Origin: Ptychomitrium polyphyllum
Lineage: Eukaryota
Assembly: GCA_973851085.1 (NCBI GenBank)
Contig: OZ316776.1
Span: 3,720,001-3,784,000, forward strand
DNA length: 64,000 nt
Reading direction: 5' to 3'
The notes under the pieces: generated by a model
What the model was told of the DNA's origin: nothing
Databases searched by the model: none
Seen by the model: only the letters and a program-made list of their open reading frames with translations
Position numbers and translations under genes: made by a program
Part shown: positions 36,618 through 48,633 of the stretch, one piece after another
Numbering within the stretch: position 1 is the stretch's first letter
Layout of the letters: each line of letters opens with the position of its first letter

Positions 36618-39061
36618 TCCATTCCCGAAAAACAGTGTAAGAAGAGGAATTCATCCACACACGCACATGCACATGATGTTAGATTTGGTATATGATTATT
36701 AACCTTCAAATCCTACTTGGTGGACCCCAAATTCCCCCACTACCAATATTTGCTCATACAATAGGCCATGTTCACATATAAAAGTTCAAATATGACTCAA
36801 TGCCGGAGCAGCAACAGCAGCTCAACAGTCACGGTAATACAGCACTCTAAAAGATTAATCAACTATCCTCTATACTTGGCTAAAAGTGCACAACCATACA
36901 GAAATACAAAACAGTAAGACATAAAATACCCAACTTGGAATCTACGCGCGTGTTGGACAACTTCTAGTTTAGAGAACCGACAGCATGTCCATAAGGCCAG
37001 CGTCTAGAACGTTTCCCAGAGCCGTCGATGCTCTCCATCCAAAGGCCCTCACCCCTCACAAAGATGAGCTGCCTCCGCAACAGCCTCGGGTACCGGTCAC
37101 CGTGGCCCATTTCAATAATAACCCTGCCTCCGGCCATTCCCATCCCCTTCCTGCAACCTTCGAGTGGACCTTCGGTTTAAAGCTGCAGTGCCAAAACCGT
37201 CACCACTCCCAAAGCCGACATCTACTACGTGTTTCATCGACCAGAAAGACACTAGTGTACATAAGATTCTACATTAGTTCAGGACCCTTGCACCATACAC
37301 GGTCAATCAGTTCTACCACTGCTGAGTCATCACCTAGATATCACAGTAGTATGAACTGGTATCAACATGTTATTAAGGGGGATTATCCATGTTTCTACTA
37401 CATCGCCTAAATATCAAGAATTCCGGGTATGACATCTTTTAATGTGCCAGGGACATTCTTGGAATATCTTACTCCTTGAGTCGCCTGTGAAGAATCTTAG
37501 TTCAAGCACTGATAGATATGCCGGATTTGTGTACATTGACGGTTTTGAATATTAACCTTCCTTGATAGGAATCAAAGTGATTCTTGGATTCTTTGGTCGA
37601 CTACTCGCCGTGAGAGACACTCGATGCAAGATCTTTTCGCGGGGCTGGCTTGGAGGCCCATCGCACGACCCGTAAATGGACTTACGTAATCGGTCAATCG
37701 TCTAATATCATTCTCAGATAGGAATTCGAATACATTAGTTGTTGATAATCAGTACTACGCAAATCTATACCAGTCTAGAGAACAGAAAAACACGTTGCCT
37801 TGACTGGTGTACGTCGTTGCGAACGACGCTTTTGCTCGTTAGGAATTTACAGGCCTATCAACGGTGACGATCATTAGTATGTGGCCGTGCAGCCAGCATG
37901 CGCCTGCAGATGCAGATGCGATGTGCATCAGGTGAGAAGATGTTTCTTCTTTGTATACACGTAATATGAATTGGTACTCGTGGTACTGGACTGTCTGTAT
38001 TGAAGCCGTAGTTGGTTATTAGAAAGTTGACTGATTACGTTGAATGATCAGTAAACAAAGGTACTTTGGTGTAGAGAGGATTATGAGAGGAATAATAATC
38101 TGAGTTGAGTGTGGTGAGCGAGGCGTGGGGCACAAGCTCGCTTTACGCCTTTGCGAATTCCTTTCAAGAGTAGAAGTAGAAAAGGTGAAGAGCGCGAGTC
38201 TGCAGTTTTGTGGTTTGGTAGCTCTGCAGCGCACGGCTCTGCAGGAGCTCGAATCTGGAGCAAGAGATTGGGTGGCGATCTCGTTGCTCCAGCTTGGCAA
38301 AAGTCGAATGCACCCACACAGACACACGGTTGTGAGGCTATTAGCTCTTGCTTGGACCGGTGGCTAGAATTGTTAGAGCCCGGGGGAGATTGCTTGTATT
38401 GTTGGATTTCTTGTAGCGGAGGTTAGAGGGTGTTTTTCCTCTAAGTTCGCATTTGTTCAAGAGCTTTGCGGTAGAGTGATCATTCACAAAGAGCACAGAT
38501 TAATTTGCTCAAGGAGATTACCTGGTAGTGTTTTTCTTTGGTGGATTTCGTCTTCGACACTCCTCCAAATCTTTCTCATTGTGACAGCCGCTCGCTTCAG
38601 ACCTGCTGTTGCTCGTGATTTCGGGTACGCTGTGTAAGATTCGATCACGTCTTCCATTCGATCAATCCAGGGGTTAGTGTAGCAATAGATTGCAGCGATT
38701 TCATTTACTCATAAGCTCAGGGATAAGTACTCGAGCTTGATTTTGTCTTACAATTCGAGAGGGTGGATCCGTGCAGCAGAGTGCGGCCATGGACGTTGTC
38801 ATTAATCACCGTTTCGGGTGACAAAGCGTTTTCAGAAGCTAAGAGATAGTTAGGCTCTTCCCGTAGCAACGGTTAATTAACCTTGAAACAGTTAACAGGT
38901 CTGTAAAATTTACCCTGAAGGATTTGGTGTAATGATAACAAGAATGTAGCTTTGTCAGCAAATATCCTGGAGCGCCTTCATTGGGCGTGTAGCACTGTTG
39001 CTAACAAGTGGTGTTGTGGCCAATATGCAGCCTGGCTGAATTTTCTCGGTGATACGTGAAG

Positions 39062-42000
39062 ATGCCACTGCAGACAACGTCGAAAGAGGAAGAGAAAATG
39101 CCGTCCGTCGTCCCCATAACCCAGCCTTTGGAGCTCTCCACCGTGGGCGCAGACACCTCCGGTGCAGCAGTAAATTCAGCTGGTGGAGGCGAGTTCGAGT
39201 TTCGAGCAGCACCAAATCGTGATTCTCTCATGGGCCATGCCGGCCCCCTTGCAAGCGGTAACATTTATTCTCATAAATACCGAAAACAATAGCGCATTCT
39301 TGACCGTGGATTTTGTGGGTACAGCTATGGGCGTCGGCACTAGATCATACTGTTTCCTTTTGTTGACTCCTTTATCTGGCCTGTTAAATTAGTTTGTGCC
39401 TAGCAGTTTCTAGCCCTTGATCAAGTACTCTATCTTTTGTACTAATCATGGACTGGGACGCCTTGAACTACAGGTGATCAGGTGATCGGGGAGCACACTA
39501 ATGGCGTCGTGAATGGTGCAACTGACGATCGAGTATCCCAGCACACCGTCGACATTGAAACGCAATCGACCAATCTACACAGAAATCGGAAGCCACCCTT
39601 GCCGATCACTGTAAAGGTATATCATCCCATCCATTGCAGCCAGCTGGGAACGACAATTTTAAAACGAAGTCTAGTAGAAGCTGAGTTAGAAATCGATCAA
39701 CAAGTAGCACAAAACTGATTGCAACTAAGGTGGCGTGGTGGTGTGCAGTTCGTCGATTTGCGCAACACTGTGAAGATTGAATCGAAAACGACGTGGAGCC
39801 CCAAGCACCCGTTTGCGTTCAAGAGGCAGCCCGAAATACAGAAAGAGATTCTCCATGGCGTGACAGGGTCGGTGATGCCGGGCGAGACGCTCGCCATCAT
39901 GGGACCTTCCGGGAGCGGGAAAACTACCCTGCTCAATATTTTGGGAGGCCGCAATCAGCACGGCCTCACGGGCCAGAACACATATAATGACATATCGTAT
40001 AACAAAGCGCTGAAACGAAGGTGACAACCAAATTTACGTGTCCTCAATCTAAGTTTAATATGTACATGAAATTATGGATTCCAATTACAGTTGTGACCGG
40101 AATGTGCTGAACAGGGGAATGCTGTGCTTGCTTGTGTTGGTGCAGGATGGGTTTTGTCACGCAAGATGATGTGCTCTATGGGCATCTCACAGTGCGGGAG
40201 ACCCTTGTATATGCTGCGCTGTTGCGGTTGCCATCAGCCTTGTTCACTCGCGCTCAAAAGATTGCTCGAGCTGAGGAGACCATCGTTGAGCTCGGTCTCG
40301 AAAGGTAGAGCCACCATCATCATATCTATTTCATCCAGCTGAAGTTGACATTCAATTATACTTGTAATTTGGTTTCTGAAGCTGTGTACACTGAAGCTGA
40401 GGATTCGTGTTTTCAGATGCCGGGACACTGTCATCGGAGGACCATTTTTCCGAGGCATCTCGGGTGGAGAGCGAAAGCGGGTCTGCATTGGCCATGAAAT
40501 CCTTGTTGATCCGTCGTTGTTGTTTCTCGATGAGCCAACGTCGGGATTGGATTCCACCACCGCTCTGCGCATCATCCAGGTCATCCGCAACATTGCCAAG
40601 GTACTAAACCCTAAACCGCCTTGATCATCAGCTGGAATCATATTCATGGAACTAAACTTCAGTTGCCGCTCATGATGTTCCTGCATTAGAAGATAGATTC
40701 GAAAGTGTATAATGTCCATTAAATTAATGAGACGAGATTGCTGCTTCATGTGCAGGCCGGCCGCACAGTGTTGACCACAATCCACCAACCTTCAACCCGG
40801 CTGTTCTACATGTTCGACAAGCTCATCCTGCTCTCGCAAGGAAACTCGGTCTACTTCGGAAATGCCAATGATGCGCTGGGTTACTTCTCCTCCATTGGCC
40901 TCACGCCCTTCATCGCTATGAACCCGGCGGATTTCATCCTCGACCTCGCCAGCGGCAACTTGAACGACATCTCCATCCCGCCTGCTCTGGAGGGGTCCTC
41001 AACCTTACAAACTGTGGGCTCGGAGAAGCCCCAGCTCGCGGCTCCCAATCCCTCCGATGTCCACAGCTACCTCGTGCAGCGCTTCGAGCGCGAGCTTCTG
41101 CCCAAGGAGAAAGCCAAGCTTCTGAGCCTAGGGTCGACGAAGGAGGAGCTCAAGCTGGGCGTGACGGCGAAGCGCGAGTGGTCCACTTCATGGATGGACC
41201 AGTTCTTGGTGCTCTTGGTGCGAGGGCTCAAGGAGCGGCGCCATGAGTATCTCAGCTACTTGCGGTTCGTGCAAGTGTTCTTTATCTCTCTCATCGTGGG
41301 GTGCCTCTGGTGGCGCTCCGATCGCAACACAGAAGCCCAAGTGGCCGATCAGATGGGGCTCGTCTTCTTCTGGGCCATCTTCTGGGGCATGTTCCCGCTC
41401 TTTACGGCGATCTTCACCTTCCCGCAAGAGCGAGCGATGCTGAACAAGGAGCGAGCGTCGGATCTTTACAGACTGAGCTCCTACTTCATGGGCCGCACTC
41501 TCGGCGACTTGCCGCTGGATCTCGTCATGCCCACCATCTTCGTGTTGATCGTGTACTTCATGACCAACTTGAAACTGACGGCGGCCGCGTTCTTCCTGTC
41601 GCTTCTCACTGTCTACCTCAACGTCGTCACTTCCCAGGTTTGCATCCGTCTCATACAGCCTTCACGTACAACATTCAATTGATCACAAGCTTTATATTTT
41701 ATTGTTTTCCTTGAAAGTTCACAAAGCGGGTTCTGTGCAATTAATGCCGATTAATAACTAGATGATATGATGTGAAACTCGGGAGATTATCTTGTGATCG
41801 AAATGGACTGTCAAGACTAGTACTAAGTCCGCAAGTGTGTATGTCTAGGCGAGTCCTTGTGCATGGTCAACTGTACTTACCTGAACTTGTTGGACTGTTG
41901 AAATTTCTTTTTCAGGGCTTGGGATTCTTTATAGGTGCAGTGTTGATGGAGGTGAAGCAAGCGACAACCTTGGCGTCCATTGTGATGCTTTCATTCATGC

Positions 42001-42287
42001 TCACAGGTGGGTTCTTTGTGCAACACATTCCTGTGTGGATGAAGTGGTTAAAGTATCTCTCCTTCAACTACTACAACTACCGCCTTCTCACAAAAATCCA
42101 ATACTCCAGCGATGAGAAGTATGATTGCAATACAAGCACTGGATGCAAGGGCATGGCGACTGCATCGATTTTTCATGGTATGAATCTCGCAGGTGGCGGC
42201 ATCGATGCCATGGCCTTGCTCATCATGGTTGTAGGTTACAGATTTTTTGCCTACTGGGCACTGCGGAAACTGAACCCGCCACATTGA
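39062..42287 (+). CDS. ABCG: Half-size ABCG (WBC) transporter, NBD-TMD order, ABCG22/27-like
   Basis: Walker [11 protein letters not shown]-loop GFVTQDD, signature [13 protein letters not shown], Walker [15 protein letters not shown]-loop TIHQP; TMD with [29 protein letters not shown] and [25 protein letters not shown] exons. Start ATG is 39062 or 39098; TGA ends at 42287. Confidence 0.94.
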
Positions 42288-42857
42288 ACTTAAAGTTCCG
42301 CTTCCAAGACTCGCACACTAATCGGTACTTTAAAGCACTTCAGGCTGCTTTTAGTTTAGGAAATTTTGCAACACCTAGTGGAGTCATCCGTTTTGCACAG
42401 GCTAGTATATTCATCATATAACATTAGTATGTAAAATTGCAAGAATTGCATTTCAAATGCAGGCCACCATTGTACATGGCATCACACTTTGATGGATTAT
42501 TCAATATCCAGATATGTTAGAATTAATTTTCCAAAGAATTGGTTTCGAACATTCTGTTTTTTGAATGTAAATTGATAGTTGACACCAGTGTGCGAACAAA
42601 TGAAGATCCAAATAGATGCGGATGTGCTCTAAACACCACCATTCACAGCATTGCTTTTCCACTCCTATTTCTAAAATCTCCACCTTTCACATAGATTGCA
42701 ATTCCACAAAATCTCTGACAAAGGTCGATTTGGTTGGAACTCAAAGCCTTCTAGCTTCTCTGCCGCATAGCTTTCGCATCACAACGGCAGCCCGTGTGAG
42801 CAATGGAATGTCCGAACTCAAGGACTCCGGAAGAGTTCAGAGTCCACATTTTCACAT

Positions 42858-42907
42858 GATACCGACATGGTACTCAGGCGATACTGATGCGATACCATCT
42901 TGATACT
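42858..42907. repeat. Five G(A/G)TAC cores at exact 11-bp spacing in the GNA1 promoter
   Basis: Cores start at 42858, 42869, 42880, 42891, 42902. Confidence 0.75.
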
Positions 42908-43019
42908 TCGGCGGGCATCTCCCAAAGTGCACAAGATTAGCACTTGGAAGCCTAGCTCGGCTCGTGAGATCGAGATGTTTCGCACCAATTCTTGTTTTTG
43001 AAGGGAAACCTTGCATGCC

Positions 43020-44925
43020 ATGGCGGACATGTCCCGAGCCGCTGGTGAGAGATTCGTCTTGCGAGCGCTTGCGCCCTCCGACATCCACAAAGGTAATGTT
43101 GCATATCAACCCACCTTGGATTTCCATTCATTGTGTGATGATCTCTTCACGTTGTGTAGGGGTCATATGTTAAGGTTTGGAGATATTCGGCCTCTCTGTC
43201 TTTCTTAGATGGAGTTCATCTGTCCACCAAGAGTTTGTCGAGTTTTGAGTTGGTTTTGTTTATAAATTGGACAGGCTTCATGCAGCTGCTAAGCCAGCTC
43301 ACCGTCGCGGCGGACGTCTCGGAGGAGCATTTCGCCCGTGAGTGTTTCTTGTACCTTTTTCGTTCGATTAGTCAATTGGGTTTTCTAATCTTGTCATAGC
43401 TGATACGTTCTGCAAATGATTTCAAATGCTTAGTTTGTGACAGATCTCACCGATGTTCATGCTCTTTTGGATGCCTGTGGTATCGGTCAGCGCGCACTTC
43501 GTTTTCGTCCTTAGGGTTTCGAGCTCTCAGCAGCTTGTGTTGAGTAGGGGTTGGTTAGATCTAATGACCGCCGTCTGATCATCTGAGACACTGTAATGTA
43601 AAGAATCATGGAGCTTTGTAGCGCTGACGTCTTGTGTTGTGAAACAGAGAGGGTGCAGTATTTGCAAAATCTAGGAGATGATCATTACGTTGCTGTGATC
43701 GAAGGTATGTCTGCTTCTCTGCACCTACGTTCTCCATTTAACATTGCTGTTTTCAGGAGACTTGATGCAGTATGTGTACCTTGAAGTGCTTTATCAAGGC
43801 TCAATGTCTTGACCTTTTATCACTGAAGCAGATATGGAGAAAAGCCAGATTGTAGCAACTGGGTCTACCTTAATAGAGCACAAGTTTGTGCGCAATTGCG
43901 GCAAGGTAAGAACTCTTCACGCCGTTGTCGAACATTTCCTAAATTTCGGTGATTCAAATGTATATGTATGCATGCCGACATTGAGAAAAGTTGGTTCATA
44001 GTTGAATTTTAGTCTCAGAGAATTGATCGCTTATAATGGAAGTGTACGTCACTCAGTATGTTTTTGAAGTGAAGGATTCTTGGAGTAAGAATAACAATGA
44101 GTAAATGTGATATTGATGCAGGTAGGGCACATTGAGGACGTTGTAGTTGATCAGTCTGTGCGGGGTCAGCGTCTTGGTCAGAGGTTAGCATGGGGACCCC
44201 ATTCTCTTTGCGATTTTATGCTTAGAAGCTGATTCGTTCGAAAGCCCGTCAAGGATGTCTGGACCGTGTTTTTTAGGTCTTTAGCACAAGCAATTCATAT
44301 TGAAAACAGTTCATCATGGATCATTCAAACATGAACATCAAGGTACTCCTTCGGCCAGTTGAATTCACATATGTAGGGATCCAATTTCACGAATGGTTCA
44401 TCTCAACTTCATATGTGTTGTACTTGGCACAAATGAAGTTGAGATGAACTATTTATGAAATTGGGTCCCCGTATACATGAATTCAGCTCGCCAAAGAAGT
44501 ATCTTGCTCAGTATGCTCAAGTAAGATTTAATAAGTGTACGAATGAACTGAAATTGGACTGTGGTGAACTGCTGAAACAGGATCGTTGAGTTTTTGACAA
44601 ATTTTGCTAAGGACAAAGGCTGCTACAAGGTCTTTCAGCTTCACCCTCCGTTAGTCTTGAATTATTGTTCTGATTTTTTGGCGTTGTGCTCTACCAATGT
44701 CACAGCCAAAATGATGGTTTTCCCTTTGTAGGTTTAAAAATACAGCTTATTGATAACTCTTCCTAAGAGTACGACTTCAGTTCCTGTATTTATTATATAA
44801 ACATCGCATACTCATAATTTGATTCTGTTCTGCAGGTTATTTTGGATTGCTCTATCGAAAACTCGCCATTTTATGAAAAATGTGGTTACAAGAAAAAGGA
44901 AATTCAAATGGCTGCGTACTTCTGA
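43020..44925 (+). CDS. GNA1: Glucosamine-6-phosphate N-acetyltransferase (GNAT family), 7 exons
   Basis: Spliced product MADMSRAAGERFVLRALAPSDIHKGFMQLLSQLT...IVATGSTLIEHKFVRNCGKVGHIEDVVVDQSVRGQRLGQRIVEFLTNFAKDKGCYKVILDCSIENSPFYEKCGYKKKEIQMAAYF*. All junctions are GT-AG. Confidence 0.95.
44339..44506. repeat. Long hairpin (~82-bp arms, 4-nt loop) in a GNA1 intron; MITE-like element or miRNA-like precursor
   Basis: CAAGGTACT...GTTCATCTCAACTTCATATGTGTTG-TACT-TGGCACAAATGAAGTTGAGATGAAC...AGTATCTTG; ungapped pairing with a perfect 17-bp core. Confidence 0.85.
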
Positions 44926-45051
44926 AAATTGTATTAGTTTTTCCACCACTGTTACTCAAAATAATTTGCAGACTTCTCAGTCACTGTTTGCGAGGTTTGC
45001 ACTGGAATGAATCTTAGTTCTACAAATTTACATTGCATGCACCCATTCATC

Positions 45052-45089
45052 TTAAGGGTAAGTAAGGGTAAGTAAGGGTCAAGTAAGGG
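45052..45089. repeat. 10-bp tandem repeat (TAAGGGTAAG), about 4 copies, downstream of the GNA1 stop
   Basis: ttaagggtaagtaagggtaagtaagggtcaagtaagggt. Confidence 0.8.
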
Positions 45090-45773
45090 TACCAGGTTGC
45101 CCCGACATTCTTTATCAGATATCTACGTTTCCTTCAGATTTTGGGATGTGATGTAGAACAACCTTAAGACCCCTACCCTATCTAGTGGTGTAGTTGGTTG
45201 TAGGAGTATAATAGTATTCTTCACATACTTCAGAGTTGAGGTCACAACCCTAATGCATTGGAAGCTTATCGGAATACTAACAATATCCTCCACAATGTAC
45301 AAAGATCGTCTTCATAGTTTGATAATTGTATCTTCGACTTATAGCCAACCAACTTCCATTAGTGCAAGTTGAAAACATTTTATCTGGCTAAAATTGTTCG
45401 GAATTGTATGCAATGGATTAACAATCTGCCATCAAATTAGATGACCCATGACTTGGTATATCAATGACTAATACAGGGTGGGTTTCTTTCAAGCATTGAG
45501 AAAAGAGTCCCCCATTACGATCTCTAATAATGAAGTTATATCACCTAGAAAAATCTCTATCACGTCAAATTCGCTCTAGCTCCAAACTAATGCTAAAACG
45601 TTTGTACCTTCTCTTCTAACCATCTGCAAAATTGACTACCTGTAGATTGATGGAACTGCATATTCCATGTAAACAATATCGTAGAAGATTCTGATAGTGA
45701 ATCAACCATGCACTACACTAACCCTAGTAAACACACCTAAGTCTTCAAAGTAATCAACATTCTCGATTAGACT

Positions 45774-48633
45774 TCAAACGTTGATTTCATAACTCTGAGA
45801 AACTGCTGGTGCTTGTGCAACTCCCTTCTTCTTTGGAACTCCACCAGACGGGGGAGGAGGAATAGCTGCCACTTGAACAGTTGTCGTCTTCAGAAGCGCC
45901 AGCGCTTCCTGACCTTCCTGCATGGCTTTGTTCTTCGCAACTGCTGCGGCAACTTCCTTCGGCATATATTTCTGTGTTCCGGTTCAACAGCAGCTTCAAA
46001 TATTAGATGTAGAAAACCAGTACAGAACTAGGGTCCGCAGAGGCAGATACAGCTGCACATCCCTGATTCAGATCATATGAAGTTTCCATTGCTAACTAAT
46101 CTGGGAATTATAGATACTCTCAATTCAGACTGATATGAAGAGCGGTTACCTCGTCATGCTTAGCAAGAACTTCAATAGCTGCAAAGTAGCAACCTGATTC
46201 CTTGGCCTTTGCAGTGAGACTTGCGTGTTGGTCACCACTAGCGGCCGGGACGCCCGAATACTGATCAAAAGGTCGGACGAATCCCTCCGCCACCACTGAA
46301 TGACCTTCCCTGAACAAGTCTGGTAGTGCTCCTCGATACCTCACAAGAATCTGAGAAGACGCCATGATAGTTAAATTAAGAGATCGAGGGCCAAATGCAT
46401 CCTAAAGAAGATTGGAAGCACGTCGACAACGTAATTTAAAATACAACTCAACAAAGGCACACAAAAAGGCCATACACTAATCCCATAACAGCAGACCTCA
46501 ACGCCATAAGAAATGAAGCAGATTCTAAGAGGCCAACGTACCTCATTCGCAAGATCTGTCACAACGAATTCCATCTCTGTGGAATCCTTGAAGTGCTGTA
46601 CGCTGAAACAGCAACACATAAAAACACACTAGTCAGCACGTTGCTTTTATTAAATGCAAAAAAGGTCCCAGTATGAAAGTCATGCAAAAATATTCTTGGT
46701 GCATAGAAAAGTTCCAAATTTCTTGTCCACTTAGTTGCAATATTGCACGACACTTACAATAGCCCCATAACTAGTTTGTGGAATTCAAGTTTGTTTAGCG
46801 AATTAAGTTTACTGTAAAGATAAAAGAAAACCAGTACATCAGAACCGTGCAACTAAAGGCAACGCAGAAGAGAACTAACCTGCCCTCCAAGACCAAGCCT
46901 CCAAGCCTAAACCTGTTTTTCGTAGGGTCAAGGAAGAATTTTTCCAAAGCCTGCATAGGTCAAGAACGCAATAAGGAGGCATTTCTAAACTATTTAACAG
47001 ATTCAACCCAAGTTTGCTATCTACCAAAACCCAAACCCTACCCCTTTGTCAGTAGAGTTACAATTATCAATAAACCATCCTCATCCTTTACTATAACATC
47101 CGCTCCGCTAACTACTCTCTCTCTCTCTCTACTGAACTTGAGACTAGCCAGATTATACTAATAATCATATGATCCAGAATCCTGGAGATCGCGTCCTCTC
47201 TTTTGAAGAAAACTATCAACGATACAAAACCTTATATGCATTCCAAACAAACACCCATCAACGTAATCTGTCTTGAAATAGAAGCCCATACCTGTGAAGG
47301 TGTGATGTAAAACATAAGATTCTCTTGAAACGTATTCAAAATAACAATAACAAAGCCTGCAACTGCTGTTCCAGACAACGCGATGGTCCATAGCCGTCGA
47401 GCTTGTAACTGCCTTGCCCTAGCTCCTATATCCACTCTCCCGGCCCTTGTGGCAAACCCTCTCGTAATGTCCAACCCACTGCTTGATAAGCAAAGCACGA
47501 ACAATCAGATATGTGATTTCAAATTGAAAGAACTGAGAATAGATATAACCACTTAGGACATGCCTCGAGAAGTGTCCCAAGGATGATTAGCAAACTGAAA
47601 TTACATCAATCATACCACCCTATTGCATTAACCGTTGACCCTTCAAGGACTGGCGCCCAGTCTAGGCCGATTCTGAACGTTCCGGCAAGAGGCTTCATCG
47701 ATAAAGGGTTAATCGTCCCTTCCAGAAGCTCCAAATTGGGACCCAATAGCTCATCAAAACCACATCAACATGAAGAACACTTCACTTCTAACCTCAAACC
47801 TATTGAAAATGTGGAACCATTCCAAATACAACAAAATACATTGAAATATATGTCCAAAAAGGGCCTTTCGTCCCTTGGGTTAAAAAAATCAAACTAGATA
47901 ACCATTGAATGAGAAAAGCAACCCCATAGAGGACATCCTTGGCATCCACTTGAGTTTACTACTAATCATCACTTCGTCATATATAAACCCCCTTATTAGC
48001 TGGCGAGTTCCAATTTCATCTGACCATTCACTAATCACTCATGGATTTCCCAGCATTCTCTAGCCACGAAAATCAAGAATGACCCCAATTTAGGTCTCTC
48101 CAGGATATGGTCATTCAGAGAGGTGGGCGAACTCGGCGAGCTGAAACGTTCCTCTCCGTAACTGCTAATAGAGCCCGGGCAAAGCACTCTCCTCTGAATC
48201 GCAACCCATTTCCAATGAACCAAAACCAATGATCCATGCATGCTAAAAAACGGGTCTATGCCAAAATTCTCGATGACACACACACACCGGAAAATCCAGA
48301 GGTTCCCTGTGGACAGTAATAACAACACCCCAAGAATCATAGCAATCAAATCATAGCAATCAAATCATAGAAATCAAAAGATGGAAGGACAACCAAAGGG
48401 TGAGGAAAAAGAGGTACCCACCTCGCAGACGGAAAAGCCACCCGCCAATTCGTCGAAGACACAGTTGTGCTCGACCACGAACGCACAGTCGACATCACTT
48501 GCGATTTCCACAACGGAGCCGATGCTCGCGAAATCGCTGCCCCCGTGGCTCCAAACAACGAACCCACTTCCCGAAACGCAACATCTCGCAACACCGTGCA
48601 CGATCGTCTCCGCAGCTGCGCCACCGCTGCCAT
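45774..48633 (-). CDS. CCME: Mitochondrial cytochrome c maturation heme chaperone CcmE
   Basis: Arg/Ser-rich presequence from ATG 48633; RVDIGARARQLQARRLWTIAL plus transmembrane helix plus FQENLMFYITPSQ; NRFRLGGLVLEG; MEFVVTDL; VRYRGALPDLFREGHSVVAEG; heme-binding VLAKHDEKYMP; TGA at 45776-45774. Confidence 0.94.

Noticed and set aside
36985..37410. 141-aa plus-strand ORF
   Set aside because: No recognisable motif or splice structure; it overlaps a copy of the AAAACCGTCAC repeat family.
37680..38040. Cluster of ACGT cores as ABREs for the ABCG gene
   Set aside because: None has the canonical ACGTG(G/T)C context; not distinguishable from chance by eye.
38712..38726. AAGCTCAGGGATAAG resembling miR390 or a TAS3 site
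   Set aside because: Only a partial match, with no flanking hairpin or paired target site.
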